From: Bdellovibrionales bacterium
GTDB taxonomy: Bacteria; Bdellovibrionota; Bdellovibrionia; Bdellovibrionales; UBA1609
Direction of reading: 5' to 3'
Length of the DNA stretch: 64,000 nucleotides
NCBI GenBank assembly: GCA_965200875.1
Contig: OZ241456.1
Span: 1,696,001 to 1,760,000, forward strand
Shown here one piece after another: positions 28,543-37,472 of the stretch. A program made the translations under genes and the position numbers. Numbering within the stretch: the first letter of the stretch is position 1; every line of letters starts with the position of its first letter. The notes beneath the pieces are model-generated. The model ran no database searches. It saw only the letters and a list, made by a program, of their open reading frames with translations, and was not told the origin of the DNA.

Positions 28543-29202
28543 TTATTGCCAGACAAAACCACTTACATCTTGTGAGATTAAATAATACCCCAAGGCGCTG
28601 TCTACTTTCGCACCTTTTAAATTCGCCCCTCGAAAATTCGTTTCTTTAACCTTCGCCCCGCGCAAATCCGCACCTTGCAAATTCGCATTACTAAAATTTG
28701 CACCGGTCAAATCCGTATTACTCAAATCTGCTCCACTCAAATTCGCATTACTAAAATTTATCCCTTGCAAAACCACACCACTATAATTTACCCCGCTCAA
28801 ATCCCTACCGCTAAAATCACCACCTGCTCCCGTGTCAGCACCTGCTCCTGTGTCAGCACCTGCTCCCGTGTCAGCTCCAGGTTGAACACCTGCTCCCGTG
28901 TCAGCACCTGCTCCTGTGTCAGCACCTGCTCCCGTGTCAGCTCCAGGTTGAACACCTGCTCCCGTGTCAGCACCAGGTTGAACACCTGCTCCCGTGTCAG
29001 CACCTGCTCCTGTGTCAGCACCTGCTCCCGTGTCAGCACCAGGTTGAACACCTGCTCCCGTGTCAGCACCAGGTTGAACACCTGCTCCGGCGGTGTTCGC
29101 ACCAGCTTCCGGCTGATTTTCTGCACCACTCGAACCAGTGTCTTTTTTCTCACAACCTAAAAAACATAAGCTTAAAAATAATAAAACAATTATAGTTTTC
29201 AT
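28543..29202 (-). CDS. Lipoprotein with Gly/Ala repeat linker and C-terminal pentapeptide repeats
   Basis: FLGC lipobox; AGVQPGADTG/AGADTG repeats; ANLSGADLSNTDLTGANFS pentapeptides. Confidence 0.88.
   Translation of the reverse strand: MKTIIVLLFLSLCFLGCEKKDTGSSGAENQPEAGANTAGAGVQPGADTGAGVQPGADTGAGADTGAGADTGAGVQPGADTGAGVQPGADTGAGADTGAGADTGAGVQPGADTGAGADTGAGADTGAGGDFSGRDLSGVNYSGVVLQGINFSNANLSGADLSNTDLTGANFSNANLQGADLRGAKVKETNFRGANLKGAKVDSALGYYLISQDVSGFVWQ
28821..29087 (-). repeat. Mixed 30-bp/18-bp coding tandem repeat
   Basis: CACCTGCTCCCGTGTCAG-type units interspersed with CCAGGTTGAA-containing units. Confidence 0.9.
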
Positions 29203-29310
29203 AAAATACTCCTTTTTAAAGTGAATTAATTATCCAGCTATCTTTATAACACTATCGGCTAAAATTATAAAAAAACTTTTCTCAAAAATTAAATAAAACA
29301 AATAGATAAG

Positions 29311-30624
29311 TTAAAAGAAATCGGCAAAACCGCCAGCAGAACAGTCGTTATAATTGGAGTCATCTTTTTCCAAATCATTTTCATATTCACTCAACATCTC
29401 CCATAACTTATCATTATGATCATCGTCAGGTTCTTTTGCACAATCGTGTCCTTTATCATCATCACTGCAAGCATTTTGCCAAGCGGTCCAACACATAAGC
29501 GTGCGTGCGCAACCCGCTGATCTGTCATCTGCATTTTCTACATCATTACAAACATTTTGTAAAAGCCCGAAAGCCAGATCAAATATATGTTCGTTTCCAT
29601 CACCTTCTTCAGCAGAATAAGCAAATATATTCCGTACACCCATATCCTCTCCGTGCATACAGGAAAGAGCGTTAAAAAGCTCTTTATCTCTTGTGGAAGA
29701 TAATTGAATTGTACCATCAGCTGACGAACCTTTATGATATCTAACTTTTATGTTATTAGCATTAGCTTCAAGTATCCAAATTCTCCTATTTGTACGCTTA
29801 TCAGCAGAATTAATAAGATCATTTTCATGACTATAACTATTCCCTCCTAGGCAAAGCTTATCATCATGATCAGGAACATTCTCATTCTCATGTGTAAATT
29901 TCAGATCCCCAGCCAAAGTCAAAAGCAAGGCTTCCAAAATATCATCTCCTTCATTTATGTCATCCTTTAAGATCTCTGCTGATTCTGCATCATCCTCCAC
30001 TAACCACTTAATGGTTTTTAACAACCGACTTCTTTTTACAGTATCAGTATCACCAGACGATGGCCCCAAGCCTGCCTTAATTTGTGTGATCCATTTTGTA
30101 ACACCAATTTGCACATAACATTTAAAATCGTCTCTGCTCACTCCATCATCATCATCGTCACCAATGTTATTCAGATCATCCTCCACTACTGCGGCAGATC
30201 TTGTTTTTTCGTTGCCCGTACCGGCTTTTCTTCCCATAAGGAGATCGTGAACTTTTTCCAGTTTACCTACTGTTTCGTCTCCTCTGTTCATGCAGAGTCT
30301 TTTTTCTTCAAATTCCTCGTAAATGCTTTCGCAAATCTCCTCGCAGGTTTCATTGCCTTTGCAAAGATCACCTTCGTCATCCTCACACTCTTCAGCTTCG
30401 TTATCATCGTCATCATCATCACTATCATCGTCATCGTCATCATCGTTGTTATTGCTATTTGTGCTAGCCTGATTCGTGGAATTTTGACTATCAAAAGCAG
30501 AACAGGAAACAAAAGAAGAACTGGCCATAGCCATCGTGACCATAAGGCTTAGGAAAAGCCATAAACGATTTTTTAACAAAGAAATTACAGGTCTAACCAT
30601 CACTATTTTTTTTAATAAATTCAT
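29311..30624 (-). CDS. Hypothetical Asp-rich, Cys-rich (lipo)protein
   Basis: Hydrophobic N-terminus with FVSC, poly-Asp tract, many Cys; start codon uncertain. Confidence 0.75.
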   Translation of the reverse strand: MNLLKKIVMVRPVISLLKNRLWLFLSLMVTMAMASSSFVSCSAFDSQNSTNQASTNSNNNDDDDDDDSDDDDDDNEAEECEDDEGDLCKGNETCEEICESIYEEFEEKRLCMNRGDETVGKLEKVHDLLMGRKAGTGNEKTRSAAVVEDDLNNIGDDDDDGVSRDDFKCYVQIGVTKWITQIKAGLGPSSGDTDTVKRSRLLKTIKWLVEDDAESAEILKDDINEGDDILEALLLTLAGDLKFTHENENVPDHDDKLCLGGNSYSHENDLINSADKRTNRRIWILEANANNIKVRYHKGSSADGTIQLSSTRDKELFNALSCMHGEDMGVRNIFAYSAEEGDGNEHIFDLAFGLLQNVCNDVENADDRSAGCARTLMCWTAWQNACSDDDKGHDCAKEPDDDHNDKLWEMLSEYENDLEKDDSNYNDCSAGGFADFF

Positions 30625-30924
30625 CTTTTGTATCCTCTTTTTTTACTCTTATAAGGTTTACTATAAACTCCGTTCGGAAAATAAACTTGTGTTCTTAAAA
30701 ATTTTTCTGATTTCAAAACCAAGGTCCTGTATTATTAGTAAAGGGTTTTCTGTTTTTTTCATAAACATTCTTTTATTTTCCAGAAAAATAATATGAATAC
30801 TACACATTCAGGCAAGTTCATTCCACCTAAAGCCAACAACCGTGGCACTTTGTATGCGAGCACATAAAGATAAGAAATATTAAAATGATAGAAATATGTT
30901 AAAGGGTGTTTCACGCTCGACAAA

Positions 30925-31899
30925 TTAGAGCTTTAAGCTTTCCTGTAGCTCTTTAATTTTCTCTGCTGATACACCAGTGATTTCAATGATATCAGAAATC
31001 TGCATATTTTTTTTGAGCATATTCAAAGCTATTTGTTCCATGCCTGTCTTCAAGCCTTTTTGCATGCCTTGTTCTATGCCTTCTTCTCGGCCTTTGTTAA
31101 AGGCATAAGCTTTCTCTGCACGCTGATCTCTTAAAAACTTCTCTCGTGCTTCCTCTTCTCGGCGCAAATCCTCATCCTGGGACAAATCTTTTAAATGTTC
31201 CATTGCTCTTCTCATCTCTTCCCCCTTACTCGTTGATAATATATCCCACTCTCTTTTTCCTATGTGGCAGGACTCTTTTAAAAGATAGCACCATAAGTCC
31301 CGCAAATCAACTATCTCCTTCAGACTCTCTGGCCTCGCTCTCATAAACTTACTTAATTCCACAAACACTATCTTTTCATCATCGATCAAGGAAGAATGTG
31401 GCTCTTTATCCGATCGCAAAGAAAAGGAATTGATAAAATCTCTATATTTTTTTACCGGAAGAACATCAAAGTCTGTGAAAATCAAGGAATATGCAGGGCA
31501 AATACTGCTGTAATCTGCTGACTTCTTTAAACTCTCCGTGTAAAGTCTAGACCAATAAAAAAGCACTCTTTTCAAAAAACCTATTTTTAAGACAGACTGT
31601 ATTTCCACATTCACAGTTTCTCCGGTACTGAGTCTTATTCTCAAATCCAGAACAATTTGCTTGTTGTCTGCCAAAGAGGGATAAAGGGAGCTATCTAAGA
31701 GAGTTAATGTTTCTTCATCAACAAGGGAATCCAATGCTTTTTTATCTCCTATGAAGGATATATCTTGCACTTTTTGATTGGGAGGAAGAGGCAAAAAGGC
31801 ATTTAAAAGAGATTTCAGGACTTCTTTGTTTTTAGAGAAATAGGTCTTGAACATGAGGTCCTGGCTTAAGTTTAAAAATTTGCTACGATTTGTTTTCAT
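30925..31899 (-). CDS. Rpn family recombination-promoting nuclease / PD-(D/E)XK putative transposase
   Basis: DLMFKTYF, LDLRI...VNVEIQ, RVLFYWSRLY, FVELSKF, GREEGIEQG...IALNMLKK...IIEITGVS; GGAG RBS supports ATG 31899. Confidence 0.92.
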   Translation of the reverse strand: MKTNRSKFLNLSQDLMFKTYFSKNKEVLKSLLNAFLPLPPNQKVQDISFIGDKKALDSLVDEETLTLLDSSLYPSLADNKQIVLDLRIRLSTGETVNVEIQSVLKIGFLKRVLFYWSRLYTESLKKSADYSSICPAYSLIFTDFDVLPVKKYRDFINSFSLRSDKEPHSSLIDDEKIVFVELSKFMRARPESLKEIVDLRDLWCYLLKESCHIGKREWDILSTSKGEEMRRAMEHLKDLSQDEDLRREEEAREKFLRDQRAEKAYAFNKGREEGIEQGMQKGLKTGMEQIALNMLKKNMQISDIIEITGVSAEKIKELQESLKL

Positions 31900-31945
31900 G
31901 GTAAAGCTCCTTTGAAAAGGTGGTTTATTGTTAATAAATAGTTCA

Positions 31946-31962
31946 TGCAAAATCCGTGCCAA
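31946..31962 (-). promoter_or_regulatory. Sigma-54 -24/-12 promoter (proximal)
   Basis: Minus strand TTGGCACGGATTTTGCA matches consensus TTGGCACG-N4-TTGC. Confidence 0.75.
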
Positions 31963-32001
31963 AATGATCTCAGCTAATATTTATCCCATAAAAATAGTCC
32001 T

Positions 32002-32018
32002 TGCAAAATCCATGCCAA
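32002..32018 (-). promoter_or_regulatory. Sigma-54 -24/-12 promoter (distal)
   Basis: Minus strand TTGGCATGGATTTTGCA. Confidence 0.7.
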
Positions 32019-32310
32019 ATAGCATTTTCGGTGTTTAAAGAATGATAAGAATAGTCAATTCTTTGATAAAAGGTGTTTTTTGACCTGATAAAGGGAACTT
32101 CGCTTATGCTGGATAAAAATCTAAAGTATTCAAATAACCCACCGATACGATAATTTTAACCTTTGGAAAAAAGTGAATTTACCCGGAAAAATGAAATTTT
32201 GAATTTCTTTAAAAAACTTTTTCAAAATAGCTGTGGCATATCCTTCCACAATAGTTGATTTCATACAACAGCAAAAGCTACTTGGATAAAGAAACGATGA
32301 AAGAAATATT

Positions 32311-33393
32311 ATGGAAATAATCAATCCTGTAGTACAGACAATACATAACAATCCCAACGGGTTTATTATAGTTGTTTTTATAATCATGGTCTTTTTTGCC
32401 ATCTTGGAATTTAGGAACAATGCTGAACAAGCTGAACAAAAAGACTTTAAGCCCCTTATTATCAGTTTGGGAATATTAGGCACTTTTATAGGGATATTTT
32501 GCGGGCTTTGGAACTTTGATACAAAAGATATTTCTAAAAGTGTGCCGACACTTCTGGAAGGCTTGAAATTGGCTTTTGTGACATCCATCTTGGGTATGCT
32601 TATTGCCATAGTTCTCTCTGTTATTGAAAACTTTAAAAAACAAGACCCTAAAGAAACCCCAGAGATTTTAAAAGCCATTTTAAATGAGCAAAAAGTGGCC
32701 AATAAAAATAACACTTTGATATTCAGTGCCATTACACACTTAACCGGCGAAACTAGCAGTCAATTACAAGAACTAAACATATCCTTAAAAAAAGCTTTAC
32801 ACAATCTTTCCAAGGGAGCTACAGAGGAAATTATCCGAGCTTTAAAGAGTGTTATTGCCGACTTTAATAGAAACTTAACGGAACAATTTGGTGATAATTT
32901 TAAACAGCTGAATGAATCTGTAAAGAATATGATTATATGGCAGGAAAACTATAAAAAAGCGATAGAACAGATAGAGAAAAATCTGCAACAAGCAGTGGAG
33001 AATATCGGAAAAACCGCTGACTACACAAAACAGTTTACAGAATATTACGAAAAAATATCTCATATCAGCAGTGATTTGCAAAGAATTCTTAAAACTAACG
33101 AAAATCAAATCAAAAATATAGAAAAACACTTGGAAAATTTAAGAAAAACTGGAGAGGAGATGCGTTTGATAACAATTTCCACAAATGATTTTTCAAAAAC
33201 GATACAAAGCTCCCTTTCTGAACAATCTGCGGGCTTAAATCGTTTAAGCGAGGAGCTAACCAAACAGCTGGAAAGTGCCTTGGGCAATCTTAACCGCGCA
33301 CTCACTACCCTGACTGAAAAATTTGAAAAGGACTATAAGAGTTATTTGGAACATTTTAAGGATCTTTTGGATAAACTAAATTACAAAAAATAA
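32311..33393 (+). CDS. zorA: ZorA-like protein (MotA/TolQ/ExbB channel plus coiled-coil tail)
   Basis: SLGILGTFIGIFCGLWNFD...LLEGLKLAFVTSILG; DFNRNLTEQFGDNFKQLNESV...WQENYK tail. Confidence 0.8.
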   Translation: MEIINPVVQTIHNNPNGFIIVVFIIMVFFAILEFRNNAEQAEQKDFKPLIISLGILGTFIGIFCGLWNFDTKDISKSVPTLLEGLKLAFVTSILGMLIAIVLSVIENFKKQDPKETPEILKAILNEQKVANKNNTLIFSAITHLTGETSSQLQELNISLKKALHNLSKGATEEIIRALKSVIADFNRNLTEQFGDNFKQLNESVKNMIIWQENYKKAIEQIEKNLQQAVENIGKTADYTKQFTEYYEKISHISSDLQRILKTNENQIKNIEKHLENLRKTGEEMRLITISTNDFSKTIQSSLSEQSAGLNRLSEELTKQLESALGNLNRALTTLTEKFEKDYKSYLEHFKDLLDKLNYKK

Positions 33394-33492
33394 TGAATTA
33401 GTGCAAAACCTTAAACTGAAGATCAAGAACAGGAAATATGCTGAGCATATTGCTGAGTTAAGCGGGTTTATTCAGAATTGGTTAAATAAAAA

Positions 33493-34344
33493 ATGACTAT
33501 CAAATTAAATCAATTTTATGATCTTTTGGAAGCTTTGCGAAAGTTTGGCATTACAAACTTTTCGGCCCTAGAAATTGAAAAGGAAAAAAAACAATTTGAG
33601 ACATACGGGCTGGATACAGATATATCAGATGTATTCCCAACCAATAGCGGAGAGTTATTTGTTGTTTTAAAAGATGGTTCTATTGGAAAAGCTGTCATTC
33701 ATATTGTGGATATGTCCACTTGGCCCTCTAAGTGGGGATATCCTAGGTTTCATATTTGGGACTGTAAAAAGTTAACAGAAATGCGGGTGAATAAAAAGTA
33801 CCACAGATACAAGGCTACCAGTCAAAAAACCGGAAAGTTTTATTTGATTAACAAAGAAAGAAAATGGTATGAGTCTCTTGAAATATGTTCTTATTGTCTT
33901 ACGCTTTATAACAAGCGTTTTAAAACAAACTGTACAAAACAAAATTTTCTTCTGAAGGAATATATCGAAAAACCTTTAAACTCTTCAGGTTTTTTGAAGG
34001 TACAGTGGGATATTTGTACTGTGCCCAATACTTATACAGAGAGCTGGCCTGCGATATCCGAGGAAATGAAAAAAAGAGCAAAATATATATGTACCTTATG
34101 CTGGAAAGATCTTTCTCGTCCTCAATGTAAAAAATTCCTACACACACATCATATTAACGCTGATAAAAAAAACAATACCAGTGGAAACTTACAAGTTCTT
34201 TGCATAAAGTGTCATTCCAAAGAGCACAATCACGAACACATAAAATTCAGCAAAATGTATAAAGAATATTTAAACAGCGTTTGCTCTGAATGCCAATGCT
34301 CCAAAAATACCAATAAAATAAAGCTTGGAGGGTTAAAACCATGA
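33493..34344 (+). CDS. HNH endonuclease (ZorE-like effector) with additional N-terminal domain
   Basis: CTLC...LHTHHINADKKNNTSGNLQVLCIKCHSKEH; N-terminal RFHIWDC and CSYC; ATGA overlap with zorB. Confidence 0.82.
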   Translation: MTIKLNQFYDLLEALRKFGITNFSALEIEKEKKQFETYGLDTDISDVFPTNSGELFVVLKDGSIGKAVIHIVDMSTWPSKWGYPRFHIWDCKKLTEMRVNKKYHRYKATSQKTGKFYLINKERKWYESLEICSYCLTLYNKRFKTNCTKQNFLLKEYIEKPLNSSGFLKVQWDICTVPNTYTESWPAISEEMKKRAKYICTLCWKDLSRPQCKKFLHTHHINADKKNNTSGNLQVLCIKCHSKEHNHEHIKFSKMYKEYLNSVCSECQCSKNTNKIKLGGLKP

Positions 34345-35057
34345 AATCCACAAAAGAATGGATCAGTATCTCTGATATGATGACAGGGTTGATGATGGTT
34401 TTTCTGTTTATCTCCATTCTTTATATGAGTCAGGTTGAGAAGCAAAGTAAAGAAATTAAAGAAATAAATATAGAAATTCAGGAGATAGCCACAGGGTATA
34501 AAGATTATAAAAGTGTTATTTATAAAGAGCTTAATAAAGAATTTCAAGTAGATCTTAAGAGATGGAATGCGAAAATCCTTGAAGATTCTTTAGTGATAAG
34601 GTTTTTATCCTTCAACATTATGTTTAAAGCGGGTAGCAGTATAGTAGAACCTGCATTTCAAAAAATTTTGGAGGATTTTTGTCCAAGATATTTTAAACTG
34701 CTTTACAGTTTGAAACAAAATATAGAAGAAATCAGAATAGAAGGTCATACATCATCAGAGTGGGGAAAACTACCACCAAAATCTGCCTACTTCAAAAATA
34801 TGAAATTATCACAAAACAGAACAAGATCTGTTTTACAATATTGTGTAACTCTAAAAAATGTGGAAAAAGAGATTAATGAATGGGCTAGAAAAAAACTGAC
34901 AGCCAATGGACTCTCCTCCAGCCGGCCTCTGAAAAAATGCAAACAAGATACTATAAGACATCGCTCTTGTAACCGAAGAGTGGAATTTCGCATTCAGATA
35001 GATGAATCCAGTATATTGCGTAAAATAATACAAATCTTTAAAAAGGTATCTCTATGA
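34341..35057 (+). CDS. zorB: ZorB-like OmpA/MotB family protein
   Basis: WISISDMMTGLMMVFLFI (conserved Asp), IRIEGHTS, LSQNRTRSV, NRRVEFRI. Confidence 0.85.
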   Translation: MKSTKEWISISDMMTGLMMVFLFISILYMSQVEKQSKEIKEINIEIQEIATGYKDYKSVIYKELNKEFQVDLKRWNAKILEDSLVIRFLSFNIMFKAGSSIVEPAFQKILEDFCPRYFKLLYSLKQNIEEIRIEGHTSSEWGKLPPKSAYFKNMKLSQNRTRSVLQYCVTLKNVEKEINEWARKKLTANGLSSSRPLKKCKQDTIRHRSCNRRVEFRIQIDESSILRKIIQIFKKVSL

Positions 35058-35138
35058 TTCAAATCAAAGGAGTCACATTGACTTTTTTGCAAAGTACTGA
35101 TACAAAACTGATACATATAAATATTCATTCCAAAGTTT

Positions 35139-37472
35139 ATGAAAACCGGAGTTTTTAAAAGCACTATGGTTGAAGATCAAACAAACAAGCCAGAAATTTT
35201 AAAACATTATCGTCTGACTCAAAAAGAGTATCAGCTTATCGAAAAATCTTTAGGGCACACACCATCTCGTTTGGAGTTAGCCTTGTTTTCTGCTTTGTGG
35301 AGCGAGCATTGTTCCTACAAAAGTTCAGCTGTTCATTTAAAAAAACTGTTTTTTGATTCTCCCAAAGTATTAAGTGCTTTAGGAGAAAACGCAGGAGTGG
35401 TGGATATAGGCAGAGGGGAAAAAGTAGCTTTTAAAGTGGAAAGCCACAATCACCCTTCCCGCATTACCCCTTATCATGGAGCTTCCACAGGCGTGGGGGG
35501 GATTTTACGAGATGTTTTTGTTATGAACGCCCGACCTGTGGCACTGGCCAACTACCTCTGTTTTGGAGAGTCCTCTGCAAAACAAAGAGAGGAGTTATTG
35601 GATGGAGTGGTACAAGGGATTGGCGGTTATGGAAACTCCATTGGCATTCCCACCGTGACCGGACAAACAGAGTTTGATTCCTCTTATAACGAAAATATCG
35701 TGGTAAACGCTTTGGCCCTTGGTTATTTTGGTTCTCAAGAGGAAGTGATGCGCTCCCAAGCGAAAGGCCCTCAGAATTTATTGGTATATGCGGGAGCGCG
35801 TACAGGTAGAGATGGTATTCACGGCGCGTCTATGGCCAGTGAATCCTTTAGCGGAGAACAAAAAGAAGATAAGAAAACCTGCGTACAGATAGGGGATCCT
35901 TTTTATGGAAAACTTTTAATGGAAGCCTGTCTGGAGGTGATGAAAAAATCTCTGGTTATTTCCGCTCAGGATATGGGTGCAGCGGGTTTAACCAGCTCTT
36001 CTTTTGAAATGATCTCCAAAGGAGGGTTGGGGATGCGACTTTTTTTGGATCAAGTGCCTTTAAGGGATTTCAGTATGACAGCGGAAGAAATTTTACTTTC
36101 GGAAAGTCAGGAAAGAGTTTTGTTGGTGGTTCATCCTGATAAATATGAAGAGCTGGAGAAGGTTTTTACCAAGTGGGGGTTACCGATTTCCGTGATAGGG
36201 AAACTAAAAAAAGAGCGGGAAGTAGAGTTACTTTGGAAAGAAAAACTTTTGCTTAAAATCAACCCTGAGCTTATAGAAAAAACCCCTCGTTATAATCGTT
36301 CGTATCACAGATGGAAATCAAAACATAAGACAAAAACAATAGAAAAATATATGTTTCCGGCTGGGAAAAGTTTATCTGCTGTTTTGCTTTCTTTGTTAAA
36401 AGATGAAAGAGGCAACAGCCGAAAGTTTATATACAAGCAGTATGACCAAAGAGTGAAAGCGAGCACAGTTTGGGATTGCTCCTTTCCTTTTGGTGTGATT
36501 CGTTTGCCAGAGTCTGGCAGGGCCTTGGCTGTGTGTATGGGAGGAAGACCTCATATTATGAGAATGGACAGCCTAGAAGGTGGAAAAGACGCAGTTTATG
36601 AACCGGCTTTAAAGCTATCCGGCATGGGTTTCACCCCTTTGGCCTTAACAGATGGCCTTAACTTTGGATCTCCGAAAAAAAAAGAAGTGATGAGTTCTTT
36701 CGTGGCTTGCGTGGAGGGAATGGCATCGGCCAGCCGTTCTTTGGAAACCCCCATAGTGAGTGGCAATGTGAGTTTTTACAACGAAACACGAGGAAAAAGC
36801 ATCAGCCCCACACCTATTACTGGTATGATCGGTATTAGAGATTCCATGAAAGGTCTTTTTAAAAATACTGATGGGAAACACCGGCAAAAACAGGTATCAA
36901 AAATCTTAAGCCAAGAAAATACAAGCCCAAAAAAAGCTTTATACCTTGTGAGTGCTCATCAAATTTTTTGTAGTGGTTTAGTTGGTGAAGTTTATAAACA
37001 AAAGCCTCGCTTTTACGGATCTTTGGATTCTGAAGTCTGTCGGAAGTTTATTCATCTCATTTTAAAAGCTGGGGCTGTAGCTCCTCCCTGTTATATTCGG
37101 CTTGTGGGAAAATTTGGGCTAGCTTATGCCCTATCTCGTATAGCAATAGATCCTTTTTTTCATTCAGCTTTAGAAGAAAACAATTTTTCAAATGGATCTG
37201 GCATGGCTATCAACACAAATTATGACCTTTTTCAGGAAAGGCTTTATGAGTTTTTGTTGGTGCTAAATGAGGCGGATATTCCGGTTTGGAGAAAGTATTT
37301 TTCTTTGGGCAATCCGCCACCACCTACCGACAAAGAAAAAAACTCTCCTCCTCACTGGCCCTTTAAAATGGAAAAACTGGGCACTGTCATCAATCAGCCT
37401 TTACTTTCTTTTAATAAAGACATTGTTTTATCTGTTTCTGAACTGAAAACAGCTTATCTTCAACGTTCATAA
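35139..37472 (+). CDS. purL: Phosphoribosylformylglycinamidine synthase subunit PurL
   Basis: WSEHCSYKSS, KVESHNHPS, DMGAAGL, LLSESQER, SGNVSFYNET. Confidence 0.95.
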   Translation: MKTGVFKSTMVEDQTNKPEILKHYRLTQKEYQLIEKSLGHTPSRLELALFSALWSEHCSYKSSAVHLKKLFFDSPKVLSALGENAGVVDIGRGEKVAFKVESHNHPSRITPYHGASTGVGGILRDVFVMNARPVALANYLCFGESSAKQREELLDGVVQGIGGYGNSIGIPTVTGQTEFDSSYNENIVVNALALGYFGSQEEVMRSQAKGPQNLLVYAGARTGRDGIHGASMASESFSGEQKEDKKTCVQIGDPFYGKLLMEACLEVMKKSLVISAQDMGAAGLTSSSFEMISKGGLGMRLFLDQVPLRDFSMTAEEILLSESQERVLLVVHPDKYEELEKVFTKWGLPISVIGKLKKEREVELLWKEKLLLKINPELIEKTPRYNRSYHRWKSKHKTKTIEKYMFPAGKSLSAVLLSLLKDERGNSRKFIYKQYDQRVKASTVWDCSFPFGVIRLPESGRALAVCMGGRPHIMRMDSLEGGKDAVYEPALKLSGMGFTPLALTDGLNFGSPKKKEVMSSFVACVEGMASASRSLETPIVSGNVSFYNETRGKSISPTPITGMIGIRDSMKGLFKNTDGKHRQKQVSKILSQENTSPKKALYLVSAHQIFCSGLVGEVYKQKPRFYGSLDSEVCRKFIHLILKAGAVAPPCYIRLVGKFGLAYALSRIAIDPFFHSALEENNFSNGSGMAINTNYDLFQERLYEFLLVLNEADIPVWRKYFSLGNPPPPTDKEKNSPPHWPFKMEKLGTVINQPLLSFNKDIVLSVSELKTAYLQRS

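Noticed and set aside
28675..29160. Cys-rich (TCSRVS)n ORF and LTREQV ORF
   Set aside because: Alternative frames of the pentapeptide lipoprotein repeat, whose frame has the RBS, lipobox and a recognisable domain
30843..30857. Third sigma-54-like motif TGGCACTTTGTATGC on the + strand
   Set aside because: Weaker -12 element and no downstream sense gene; overlaps a hairpin
30925..31962. Rpn as an IS element; TTG start at 31962
   Set aside because: No terminal repeats or target duplication seen; the TTG lies in the sigma-54 motif and ATG 31899 has the RBS
32311..35057. Flagellar stator motAB
   Set aside because: Long coiled-coil tail, Zorya-type motifs, linked HNH nuclease and no flagellar context
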